A DNA stretch of 64,000 nt from Monocercomonoides exilis PA203 (lineage: Eukaryota; Protista; Preaxostyla), in NCBI GenBank assembly GCA_001643675.2, contig LSRY02000036.1, positions 806,001-870,000 of the forward strand, in the 5' to 3' direction. The notes beneath the pieces are model-generated. The model was not told where the DNA came from and did not search any database. It saw only the letters and a list, made by a program, of their open reading frames with translations. Positions 12,231-24,100 of this stretch are shown here, piece by piece; the first letter of the stretch is position 1; every line of letters starts with the position of its first letter. The translations under genes and the position numbers were made by a program.

Positions 12231-14744
12231 TTACCTCTGCTCCAAAGAGAAGTCGCTCTGGTTCCACTTTTCAAGGCTGTACACAACTTTTTCAAGTGGT
12301 CTTTCTTTATACTTTCCCTTTTTCGGAAGAATTTTATTTTGAAGCTCAATCATTCTGTTAAGCTGTGTGTTCACCTCGTTCATTTCCTCTTCAATTCTGA
12401 GGAGTTGGTTGTACTTCAGAACATTCTCTCCTCTGTTGGCACCTCCAAACATCACCTGCCCACTTCCTATTCCCACCGCAAAGTCTGCCAGGAACGTGTC
12501 TTCCGTGTTCCCTCCCCCAACCCAAATCTCCTCCTCCCCAAGTTCAAACCCAAAGTTCACCCCTTCCACATCCTCCTGCAACTCATTTTTCTCCTCTTCT
12601 CCTTCTTCTCCTTCTCCTTCTCTTTCTCCTCCTTCTTCGCCTTTTGTCGAAGCCAAATCACTTCCTTCTTGATTGACTATCGGAATTTTCTCAAGTCTGC
12701 CTCTTTTTGACTCCGAGCCTTCGCTCCCAGCAACACAAACAGACCAGCCCCTCTTCATCGCTGCTCGTGCAGTGGCGACAGCTTCTGTGACTGTCTTCAT
12801 TTGCTCCATTCGAAACAGCACAGTGTTCGCTGCCTTCATCGGGACAGCCTTTGGAATCGTCAGCTCAATCACTTTTTTGTCGATGTCTTCGTATTCCTCC
12901 CTCAGCTCCTTCTGCTCCGCGCTGTCTTTCTCCCACTGCGTCTCCATCGTCTCCATCCACTTCTCCACTTTCATCTTCCCTGCCATCCGAACTGCCTTTT
13001 CGGTTATCACTTCTTCGTCGCTGTTGCTTTCGGCCTCGACAATCGCTGCTGTCAGTGTTTCGCTGTCGCCTTCTGCATTTGCTGCACAAGAAGAAGCAAT
13101 CACATCGCTCATCACCTGAAACTTCGAGTCCATAAAGTCAGTTGGATCGAATGATGGAACATTAATTTTGACCTCTTCCTCTTTCTCTTTCTCCTTCTCT
13201 TTGCCTTTCCCTCCTTTTTTCTCTTTGGTTGCTTCTTTTTCTTCTTTTGCTTTTCTTTTTCCTTTCTTCGTCTTGCCTTCAGCTGCAGCCAAAGCAGCAG
13301 CCTCTTCTTCCTTCTTTTTCCGCTCTTCTTCTTCTCTTGCCAATCTTTCCGCCTCTTCCTGCTTCCTTTTCATCTCTTCCTCTGCTCTTCTTTGCCTTTC
13401 CTCTGCTTCTTTCTGCTTTCTCTTCCGTATCTCCTCTTCTTCCTCCTCCCTTGTGGGCTTCTGTCTCTCTACTCGGTGCATCGCATCTGAAAGCTGAAGA
13501 TATCCTTCAACGTCTTCACTTGCGAATGCATCAGACAACGAAGCAATTGGATAGCGACGAACAAGTGACACATAATATGCAACAAGCTCCATCTGATTCA
13601 ACACCCACCTGTGTTTGCTGCCCTTTTCGTTTTCGGTATTTGATGGAAGCTGTGAGGATGAAGCAGTAGATGAGGATGAAGTAGAAGCTGAGGCAGAAGC
13701 AGAAGCAGAAGCAGAGTCAGAACCTAAAGGGAAAGCGGTATCTCCGTTCATTTCAGAAATATTCTCTGCATTAACCTCTGACGCATCTGCATCAATTTCC
13801 TTCTCTTCGTGTGAAATTTCTCTTTCATCGTCTTCGATTTTACTCTCTGCCATTTCTTCATTCGTCTCGTTGGCTTCTTCCTTCATCTCGTTGGTTTCTT
13901 CCTTCATCTCTTCATTATTTTCTTCATCTCCTTCTTCTTCACCAGTCTTTTTCTTTCTTTTATAGCCAAGATAATACAAATTTCTTGACTTATTATAAAA
14001 ATCATCTGCGCCAACTACAATAAAGATTTTGACAATTCCATCATTTCCACTTTCCTTTATTGCTTCTGTAATCATTGTCAGCGCCTCTTCTTCGGTTCTC
14101 AATGGTGGAACAAATCCACCCTTTTCATTAACATTTGTCCATTCTAATCCATATTGTTCTTTAATTTTCCTTTTGATTATTTGGCTGATCTCACTTCCAA
14201 TCCTTATCCCTTCGTGAAATGATGATGCTCCAACAGGAGCAATTTGGAATTCTCGAAATGGAAGTTCATTTGCAACAGGTAATCCACCATTTATAACATT
14301 AATTATTGGTACAGGCAAACGAATAGCAGGATTTTCCATCATGTCAGAAATATGTCTATAAAGAGGTATTCCTTTTTCTGAAGCTGCTCCTCTTGCGACA
14401 GCCATGGAAATAGCCATTGGCAAATTAACGCCAAGTGCCTTTTGACTTATGGATAAATCAAGTTCGCTGAGAATTTTATCGATTGCATGCTGCTGGGTAA
14501 TGTTTTGGCCAATTAACAATGGAGTCAATTTATAATTAACTGTATCAACTACAATTGACGAATTGTAACATGAAATATTACTTAACTCTGAACATTCTGA
14601 CGAATCACTACGAATATCTTGTCGCGTTGCAGAAGGAACGGAAGCACGATAAAGTCCATGATCGGTAAAAAGGTCAATCTCTATTGTTGAAAAACCGCTA
14701 GAGTCCCAAATCTCTCTTGCAAGTACATGCCTAATTATACTCAT
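12231..14744 (-). CDS. Enolase-fold pseudoenzyme (ENO4-like) with large acidic/coiled-coil insertions
   Basis: Enolase motifs appear in order: AREIWDSSG, RASVPS, LPVPIINVINGG, EKGGFVP, YPIASLSD, NTEDTFLADFAVG, KYNQLLRIEEE. Catalytic and metal-binding residues are substituted. Confidence 0.85.
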   Translation of the reverse strand: MSIIRHVLAREIWDSSGFSTIEIDLFTDHGLYRASVPSATRQDIRSDSSECSELSNISCYNSSIVVDTVNYKLTPLLIGQNITQQHAIDKILSELDLSISQKALGVNLPMAISMAVARGAASEKGIPLYRHISDMMENPAIRLPVPIINVINGGLPVANELPFREFQIAPVGASSFHEGIRIGSEISQIIKRKIKEQYGLEWTNVNEKGGFVPPLRTEEEALTMITEAIKESGNDGIVKIFIVVGADDFYNKSRNLYYLGYKRKKKTGEEEGDEENNEEMKEETNEMKEEANETNEEMAESKIEDDEREISHEEKEIDADASEVNAENISEMNGDTAFPLGSDSASASASASASTSSSSTASSSQLPSNTENEKGSKHRWVLNQMELVAYYVSLVRRYPIASLSDAFASEDVEGYLQLSDAMHRVERQKPTREEEEEEIRKRKQKEAEERQRRAEEEMKRKQEEAERLAREEEERKKKEEEAAALAAAEGKTKKGKRKAKEEKEATKEKKGGKGKEKEKEKEEEVKINVPSFDPTDFMDSKFQVMSDVIASSCAANAEGDSETLTAAIVEAESNSDEEVITEKAVRMAGKMKVEKWMETMETQWEKDSAEQKELREEYEDIDKKVIELTIPKAVPMKAANTVLFRMEQMKTVTEAVATARAAMKRGWSVCVAGSEGSESKRGRLEKIPIVNQEGSDLASTKGEEGGEREGEGEEGEEEKNELQEDVEGVNFGFELGEEEIWVGGGNTEDTFLADFAVGIGSGQVMFGGANRGENVLKYNQLLRIEEEMNEVNTQLNRMIELQNKILPKKGKYKERPLEKVVYSLEKWNQSDFSLEQR

Positions 14745-15133
14745 TAGCTTTTAACTTTTAAAATGTTGTGAATAGCTTTGCTTGATTGTAATGAAGTGAA
14801 ACTTGAAACAACCAAACTCGCAATATGGGAACAAGTTGAATTTTTATATTCATATAAATTCTGACATATTCGAACCATATCATTTAACAATCAGAAAAAT
14901 AAAAAAGCATGTTATAATTGACTTTTCTTCAATTTTCACATTATAAGTTGATAATTTAATATTAAAACAATTAAAAATATAAAACATTCTATAATAAAAA
15001 AAAATAAAATAAAATAAAATAAATACACTCTCAATCGGAAAACATTTAATATCTCAAATGCATAACTAAGTGAAATAAAAATAAGAACAATAATCATAAA
15101 CATAATTGGAAAAAACAAAAGTATTTTAAAAAC

Positions 15134-18100
15134 TTACAATGAAATAATTCCATTTGTCACAAGTAGTTTTTCAGCTTTTCTCCAAAGAGTCAAGCTTTGC
15201 TTCCTCCAACTCACTCCGTCTTCTTCAAAGCGCAAGCTCTTCCAGTTGTCCTCTGACTCGTCGTCTTCCTGAGCCGATTCTTCCTCTTCCTCCTTTTGGG
15301 CAGAGATTCCCGTGCCTTTCTCGTTATGAGGGGTAATTTTCTGTGTGTTTAGAGGGCAGAAAGAGAGGAAGAGGGATGAGTCAGCAGAAGCATCAGAAGC
15401 AGCAGCAGAGCAACATTCTTCGTCTGCAAAGCATTTTTCCTCAAAAAGAAGGAAAGACGCGTCTGCAATCACGTGGAGCGGGTGGAGCACAGCAGAATTC
15501 TTCAGAGGAAGATGCAATGAAGAGCAGGATGGCAGCACAGATGCTGCTGATTGAGCAGCCGATGAGCTGAGGACAGTCAGAGAAGACAGGGCGTGGAGTG
15601 TCTGAGGAAGCGACACTCCTCTCAGAAAGGCGAATGCCTCGTGCGGAAGAGGGAAGAAGAAGTGAGGGCGCGAATGGCGCAGCAGCTGGGCAGTGCGGAG
15701 GGTGGGGCGAGGAGCAGAAAGGGCAGAGTCAACAAGAGAATTGGCTGCTTTTGGTGAGGCACGCAGCTGATGCGACAGGCCTCGTATGATTTCAGCCTTC
15801 TTCTCAACCACTTCGTCGATGGGGAGGATGAAGTAGCGGGAGAAGCAGTGGCAGGGCAGCTGGTTGCAGAAGAAGGGAGAGCAGAAGGAAGGAGATGGAG
15901 AACCAAACAGAAGACGTTCTGAAGGATCAGTGTGCGAAGAATGCGAATTCATGCGACAATAACTGCATGTGCAGCTGTCAGATAAAGTGGATGAGTTCGA
16001 AGAAGAGGAAGAAGAAGATGATGACAACGATGAGGCATTTGAATTCAAAGTATCTTCCTTCTCATCTGCATCTGCAGTCGCAAGCGACAAGAATGACATC
16101 AACTCGTGACGTCTTGACTCAGCCGGTGGAAGGCATCCTCTCTCGTTTGCCTCTAATGCAGCTGTCATCGTTTTGAGCCAAGTGGCAGCTGTCTTTCTGA
16201 CAGGCGCGCTTTTCTCAAAGAGCAAAGCAGACACGTCTGCGTAGAATGTGTTGATGCAGAAGGCACAGCGATACTCCAGTGCTGCATGCGTCAGTGAGAG
16301 AAGCGTCTCTGCCACAAGCACTTCCTCTTCGCTCTCAGCGGCTGGGTGTCTCTTTCTGAGCACACGAGGAAGAGAGGATGAGATGGAAGAGGGAGAAAAC
16401 AGAGAGGAATGTGTTGATTGTACGTTGAGTGCAGGTGATTGAATGCTGGACAGTTCTCCTTGTGAATGATTCTGATTGTTGCCAACAGAAATAGCAGAAC
16501 CTGTTCCAATTGAAGTTGTCTTCTTCTTGTTTTCCTCTTCTTTTTTGTTTGTCTGTTGAGATGCCATCCAGTTGTGTGTCTGCTGCTCAAGATTCGAATG
16601 GAACAGAACGTGGAATCGTGTTGACGGTGCTTTTAGAGGTGCGATGAATGAGTGATGCATGACTTCTCTTTGGAGAGGAGATGGACGCAACGAAGAAGAG
16701 GAAGAGGAAAAGGGAGTTGATGAAATTGGCATTTGTGAATGTGCTTGTGTTTGTGATTGTAATTGAGTTTGTTTCTTTTCTTGTGAAGCAACTGCAGCAT
16801 CAGAAGTTGCAGAAGAAGCAGAAACAGAAACAGAAGAAGAAGAAGAAGAAGATTCCAATTTCTGATCTTTTTTTGTGGATTCCTTTGAGATGCTCTCCTT
16901 CGCATTCCTTTCCTGTCGTTCTGTCCCTTCTTTTGTGTACATTCCAACTGCCACCCATTCCTTTGCGATCTGCTCACACGATGTTGTCTTCATGTTCTTC
17001 ACCTCCACACACATCCGAATAAACTGCATAGCCTCGTTCATCCCAAACACTGATGCGTTGATTGAGTTCAGCAGCTCATGGCACGAATGAGAGAATGTGT
17101 ATGGAGTGAGTCTCAGTCTGTTCAGAATTGACAGACAATAAAGCAGACGAACACCATAACGACACTTCGGACTGACTGCATTTTCGATGGCATCTGAATG
17201 CTCTGGGTGGCTGAACGAGGTCAGAATGACAGAGGAAATGTACTGGCAGCAGGAGACATAAGGAGCCAGTAATTGTGCTCTTGTTCTCTTTGTGCTCTTC
17301 TCAGCATCATCTGACTGATTATCGTCTGTCTCCTTCTTCAGTACATCTTCTTCTTCACTTTGTTTTCTATCCTTTTCCACAGCCATCTTCTCCTCTTTCA
17401 TTGCCTCCTTCATCACATTGCAATCATCTGTTGTGATTGAGCTGATGAACAGCCACACTGCATTCACTCCTTGCCCTTCTGTGACACACGTGGGGGTCGA
17501 AGGGAATCCAATCACCGATCCCTTTTTGTGATGAGGCGGAACAAGCGAGCTGTCTGAAAGAGCCAGCGGTGAATGGGCTTCTTTGCCAGACGAAGATGCA
17601 TTCATCATTTCTGCTACTGCTATTCGACTGGCTGCTGTCATCGGCTCTGGGGCATCTTGTGACATGGTGGCACCTGATGAATTGTCTGTGTGAGAAAGTG
17701 GAGAGTGCTTTGATGGAGATGAATCAACAGCAACAGAAGAAGAAGAAGTTTGCTGTTTTGATGTCTTTGCTCCTCTCTCCAGCATGAGAGCATATCCATC
17801 TTTGATTGGAGTGAATGCCTCTTCTGACGAAAGTGCAGGGGCTGACAAGAACAAGGCCAGTGCGGCTGGAGTGAGCCATTCCATAAAAGTGCCAAGACAA
17901 TTGACCAGAAAGTGAGTGGCAGAAGGATTCACATCGAATGGATGCAAAGAAATAGGAGAGGCAAGCGTCTTCGAACGCCGGCGAGTGGAAATGAGTGAAG
18001 GAGATAAAACAGATGATGATGATGAGGAGGAGGAGGAAGCACTTGTATTGCTTTGTGATACAAGCGACTGATGTGCACTATTATCAGCAACTGAAGCAGA

Positions 18101-21100
18101 AGCATTTGATGTCAATCCATCAACACGCACACCATTAGAAGCAGTCGCATTCAACAGCTCCATTCCATCAGGCTGTTCTGATCTGTGCTGGAGGATGGGG
18201 AGGCCCAGAAACGAAGTCTTCTTCATGGCAGACAGGAGCGATGACACAGCTGGTGTTCTCAGAGCAATTGGCACACAAAGCAAGAGACGCAGCATCGACC
18301 GGAAGAAAGGCATGAGAAGCTGGTCTATCGCCATCAGGACAGCAAAGTAGAAACGAGGGGGAAATGTCTTCGTTGAAGAGACACTCATCTTTTGCGATTC
18401 TGCTTTCTTGGCAAATTCAATGTGTTGCAGCTGTTGAAGAATAGATGCTTCTTTTTCTTTTTCTTTCTCCTTCTCTTTCCCTCTGTATTTCTCTCTCTCC
18501 GCCTTCAGCTGTGTCTCCCTCATCTCCAGCCACTGCCTCCTCCTCTCGTTCTCCTTCCATCTCCCTTCTTCCTCAATAGCCAGTGTGGTGGCATATCCCC
18601 ATAGGGATGCTACTGAATGCAGAAGATGCACTCTTGTTGTGAGAGGAGCATCAGGTGACTCAGCAAAGCGGATGAGAGAGGGAAGAATGACAGCACACAC
18701 AAGATGGCGGCGGTATGAGGGGTCGTTCACTGAAGTGGTGGAAAAGGAAGAGGAAAGGGGAGATGAAGATGAAGATGAAGATGAAGATGGAGAAGAAGAA
18801 GAAGCATTAGAAGAATTAGAAGAAGAGGAGGAAGGTGAAGAAGGTGAAGAAGCTTGTTGGTTTGGTATTGTTTGATTCATTGACTGAGCTTGTTTAGCAT
18901 TCTCGAATTGAGGCAGTTCTCTGGCAACCAACAGGAAGCAGGCGATGACACAGAGAGAGTTTGCAATGGCAGTTGCTGAGTCGATGTCTGTAGTGAATGC
19001 ACTGAGTGGAGAAGAGGAAGAAGAATCGGTTGAAGGAGAAGGAGAAGGAGAAGAAGAAGAAGAAGAGGATATTGATGATGTTTGAAGGATTGTGGCTGAT
19101 TGTGATGAATCAGATTGATTAGAAGATGATTGAGAAGATGAAAAGTTGGTTTCTGAGATGGAACTGTTACTATTATTAATATTATTATTAGATGAAGAGG
19201 ATGATGAATTAAGAACAGAAGCAGCATTCGAAGAAGAAAGAGAGGAATAAGCAGAAGATGCCATGATGGGTGACGATGAAGTTGGCACATATTTTTGTGT
19301 GTCAGACGAAGCAAGAGAAGTCTTTGCAGAAGGCGACGGATGAAGAGAAGAGGCAAAAACTCTGCCATTTTTGGAGTTTGCATTCACTTTTGAGGAGAGG
19401 CAGCGGCAGAGCTTGTAGACAGCAGTGTAGCAGAGGAAGTGTCCATCGACGAAAGGAAGGAAGCGGGGGAGGAAGAAGAGGAAGGAGGAAATGTCGCAGG
19501 AGAGGTGAGATTCGAGGCTGGTGAAGAAGTCGATGATGAAGGAGTGGATGATGGAGTAAGGGAAGAGAGAGTTTGATGGGACTATTGATGTGGATGAAGA
19601 AGATGATGGTTGATTGTTTGATTGAGAAATAGAAGAGGAAGGAGAAGAAGGAGAAGAAGAAGAAGCAATTGATTGAATATTTTGAGCAGAAGATGCTCCA
19701 TCACTCTCAATAAGAGCACTGAAAGGCATAATACCCACGTCCACTCTGCCATTTGTGATCTGTGCAGATGGATGGCAGGGAGAGAAAGAAGAGGCAAAAT
19801 CGCATTTTGTGTTTGTCGGGTGGAGCAGAAAAGGCTGATGAAGTAGAGGGGAGAAGGCAGGCAAGGAGCATGAGGCAAAGGAAAGAGTGGAGGAGAAATG
19901 AGAATGAGAATGAGAAGAATGAGAAGAAGAAGAAGAAGAAAAAGTGATTGGAGTAGCTGTTTTCTTCAGTCTGTAGAGCAGATCAGCAGACTGGCACATG
20001 ACACAGCCAGCACATTCGTCTTCATCAGGAAGAGATGGAAGACGAAGGAGGCGATGCAGAAGTCTCCTTGTTTCATCTGCACTTTGAAAAGTTTTTGAGG
20101 GAATTTCTGTGTTTTCAGAGGGAGAAGAAGAAGAAGAGGAGGAGGAAGAAGAAGAAGAAGAAGAAGAAGAGATGAATGCCTTCAAATGATTCACAAAAAG
20201 AGCATTGCGAAGAGGCTGAAGGATGACAGCAGATGCATTCTGAGCAGTCTGCACAGTTTGTGTGCTCATCAGCTGGTGTGTCTGTTTGGATGAATGAGAA
20301 GAAGAGGAAGAGGAAGAAGAAGAGGAAGAAGAAAAGGAAGGAGAATGTTGATTCCTGTAGAATGAATAGAGTGTGGATGCATCACAGAGATAGGACATGT
20401 TCTCTTCGTGTGACAGAAGAAACGACAGAGTCATCGAACGGAAGAAATGTTGTGTCTCTTTGCGACGAGGGCGAGTCCTGAAGAAGTGAGAGGGGAGAAT
20501 GGAGGAAGCAGATGAGGAAGAGGAAAGAGAAGAAGAAGAAGAAGAAGATGATGATGATGATGAATTGTGTGAGAGAAGTGAATAATCCGGCTGAGAAGGA
20601 GCAAAAGGCCTGATGCAAACGAGATGAGGCACGTTTCTGTTGTGGAGAGGGACGAAGCATTCAGACAGAAGAGGCTCCAGAGCTCTTATGCTGAGTGACT
20701 GCACATTCAGAATCTGCTCCACAAACAGGAATGGATTAGCAAGAGAAGGAGAAGGTTGCATGATCGACGATTGGGAATATGTTGGATGGGATGGGAAGGC
20801 ATTTTGGCTTTGGGGAAGAGAGGAAGAGCGGAATGAGCTGAAGCATCCCTCAGATGCAGCTACTGTCTTCACAGGTGCGATGATGTGGTAGATGAAGGCA
20901 AACAAGAAGGAAGGCGTCAGACTCAACTGCTTGGCAGCTGAACGAGGTGTGACACAGCACTGAAGAGCTTTCTCGCAGATCTTCAGAGGATTCGCCTCTT
21001 TCTTCAAAGAAGAGAGAGATGGATGCTGTTTGGACAGAGATTCCTGTGTGGATGGCTCATGCAGCATTGGAATAGCATCCTTTGAACCAGAAGCAGATAA

Positions 21101-24100
21101 AGTTGAAGAAACAGAAGAAGAAGCAGCAGCAGCAATTGTTTTCTGCCTTGTCATCTCCTCCTCCTTTGCTCTCTCGTTGATCTCTCTCCACTCCTCCTCT
21201 CCGCGTGACTGTATCCGCAGCACATGCACCGTCATAGACACACTTATCCAGTCTCCAAGAGATGCTCTGCTGTGCGGCGGGCGCAGCTGAAGAGAGCCAG
21301 GGGTGGGCCACATGAAAGGAGAGGAGCACAAAGGGCGGAAGGGACGGAGGGAGGAGAGGAGATAGCTAGCATCAGGGATTGGGAGGAAGGGAGAGAGAGA
21401 GTGAGATTGAGATTGGGATGGCTTTGAGGAGGAAGAAGACAATGGAGAGGGAATAATCTCGTTTGAAGAGGCATTTGTGGATGTGGTTTCATTGATTGCT
21501 TGTTCATTTGTGTTGTGTGGCTTCACATCCACTCCAAATGGCTTCAAGGAATCGAGAAAAGAATTCAGAAAGTCTGAAATCTTCACAACGGACGGGTCTG
21601 TCAGCACTGGCGATGCTTTCACCCCAGCATTTGAGTTGGATGAAACAGAGGAAGAAACAAAAGTGTTAGCAGAATGTGACATTTGAGATGCGTTCTCACC
21701 GTTTGCTCCTTCTTTGCTCTTGTCTATCTTTGAAGTTTGTTCATCATTTTTGCTCATTGCCTCAGAAGATGCTGTTCTGACTGCTCCAACAGATGGCACA
21801 GATTCAACTGCCCCAGCAGCAGAAGCAGAAACAGAAGAAGAAGAAGCATAATTAGAAGCTGTCTGCACAACAACTTCTCCTCCTTCTTGTCTGCCTGCAC
21901 CTTCCTTTTGGCTCATCTGCTCATTCACAAATGAAAAGTGCTTCTTTTGCAGATCTTCAAACGCTGCAGCCATTCTGGCGATGGCATCAAAAGGCACTTG
22001 GAAGGCATAGTCTGGTCCAAACAGGGCAAGTGGAAGATCAACACGGAGAAATGGAGGAAGCTGGTAGACAGAAGGGATGGGTGGTGCATGTGTGGATGGA
22101 GAAGAAGGAGATGATGATGATGAGGAGGAGGAGGAGGAGGAGGTAGATGAAGAAGAAGATGATCGTTTGTTGCGGAGAGAAGAAGCTGAAGAAGACTTTG
22201 CGAGTGTTGAGTGAGATGAATGAAGAGGAGAAGTATTTTGTAGAGAAGCAGACGAAAAGGAAGAAGAGGAAGAAGAAGAAGATGAAGATGATGATGAATA
22301 TCTCGAACGAAAAGCAGATCCCAAAGTGAAAGGAGCCGACGACGACGAATCCAAACTGCGTCCAGAAAGAGTCCTGACATGCCTTGCTCTTGTTGATTTC
22401 TTCGCTTCTTTTCTTTTTTGTGTCTCTGTTTTCTCTTTTTGTTTGCCTCGCTTGTGTTGAATGGGACTCTGAGAGGAGTTGTGTGTGTGCTCGTGTGAGT
22501 GAGTGGAGGAGTGCCTGTTGTGCTGCAACAAAGTAGAATGGCAGGATTTCAAAGTGTTGTCGCCTTCTTCGTCACTTCTGCCGAGCGTGTTGATGTCTGA
22601 GCATAAAGTGCTCCCCTCAAACTGGTCTGTGTCTTTCTTATCCTCTCCAGTTGCATTCGTGTTTGTGTTTGTGTTTGCATTTCTATCAGCCATTTCTTCA
22701 TCAATATCTTCTTCACTGTCATCAACATCTTCTTCTTCTTCAGAGTCGCCCATGATGAAATCACTGCTTGTCTTCGTCTCATCTTCCACATCGTCTTCCT
22801 CCTCTTCGCTGGCTGGTGGGCGGTAGCTTCCATCGTCTTCATCCAGTTCATCATCAAATGTCCCATCTGACGACAGCTCACGCGGCAGAGAAAGCGTCTC
22901 CTCTTTCTCGTCGTCGTTTGCCAGTTTCATCCGCTCCTTTCGATAAGAATGCTCTTCTGCTCGCGACTTGTACTGTGCATGCTGTCTCTTCCTGTGCAGA
23001 TGAATGCTCTTTTTTCTTTGTTCCGCTTTTCTCTGCTTTCTGCGTGCTGCTTTTTCCTTCTCTCTTTCTCGTTCTTCTTCTTTCTCTCTCTTCTCTTTCT
23101 CTGCTGCTTCACGTTCGGTGTTGAAGACTTTGAATGGAATGATGAAAGGCGAATCAACAGAGAGCGATCGCGGATGCAGAAAGAACGCCAAGTCGTCTGC
23201 AGTCAGCCCAAATGGATTGTCTGGATTGACCATCAGATCAACCTCTGCTGAAGAGACACCAACAGAAGAGGAAGAGGAAGAAGGCACATTGCTTTGTCCT
23301 TGATTGTGCATTTGATTGTGTTCATTCGCCTTGTGGCTGTCTCGGAATCTGAAAAAGGGATCAACTGAGGCAGAACGTGCTAATTTTGGCTCATCAGGCA
23401 AAAGCAGGCTGTTGAAAGAGGCTTCTTTCTCTTTCTCTTTCTCTTTCCTCCCTCTTTTTCGTTCGCCATTCACATTCTCTTTGTCTTTCTCTGTTTTCTC
23501 CAGCATCACCAGCTGAGGAGAAGTGATAGAGAGCGAGCGAGAAGGCGAGGGCACTTCTGATGTTGTGTCTGAAAGTGCAACAGTTTGCGAGTCTTTGAAC
23601 GTCACACTGACACTTCCTTCTGCCTGTTTCTTGCTTCTTTTGCTTGTCCCTTCATCGTCTTCTTCATCTGCATCACCTTCGATTTCATCATCATCATCAT
23701 CCTCATCCTCCCCTCCATCTTCTTCCTCTTCTCCTTGTAATGTCTCCCTCTCTTTCTCTTCTTCGCTCAGCTGATGCGACACAAACGAGTCAGGAAGCGT
23801 TCCTATCGACAGCTCAGTCGAAATAGAGCCAGTTGCCGAGAGCGACCCAACAGTCACAGACATCGGCGTCTGCATAGAAAATGTGTTCGTGTTTTTCTTC
23901 TCGTCGTCTTCGTCTTCTTCCTCCTCCTCTCCTTCTCCTCCTTCTTTCTCAGATCCTTCTTCGAGAATATGGAGTTTATTGTCTCCCGGTCCGTTCTTAA
24001 GCTTCAACTTCTTCTTTTTCTTCTTGTCCAAAGATTGCTGCTGATTCTTCTCAAATTCCTCGTCCAAAGGTGCTGGGACATCGTCAAAGCTATCCACCTC

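Noticed and set aside
6978-14744. Functional ciliary gene cluster (EG-rich protein, CFAP96, ENO4-like)
   Set aside because: Only CFAP96 is securely ciliary; adjacency in a gene-dense flagellate genome is expected by chance.
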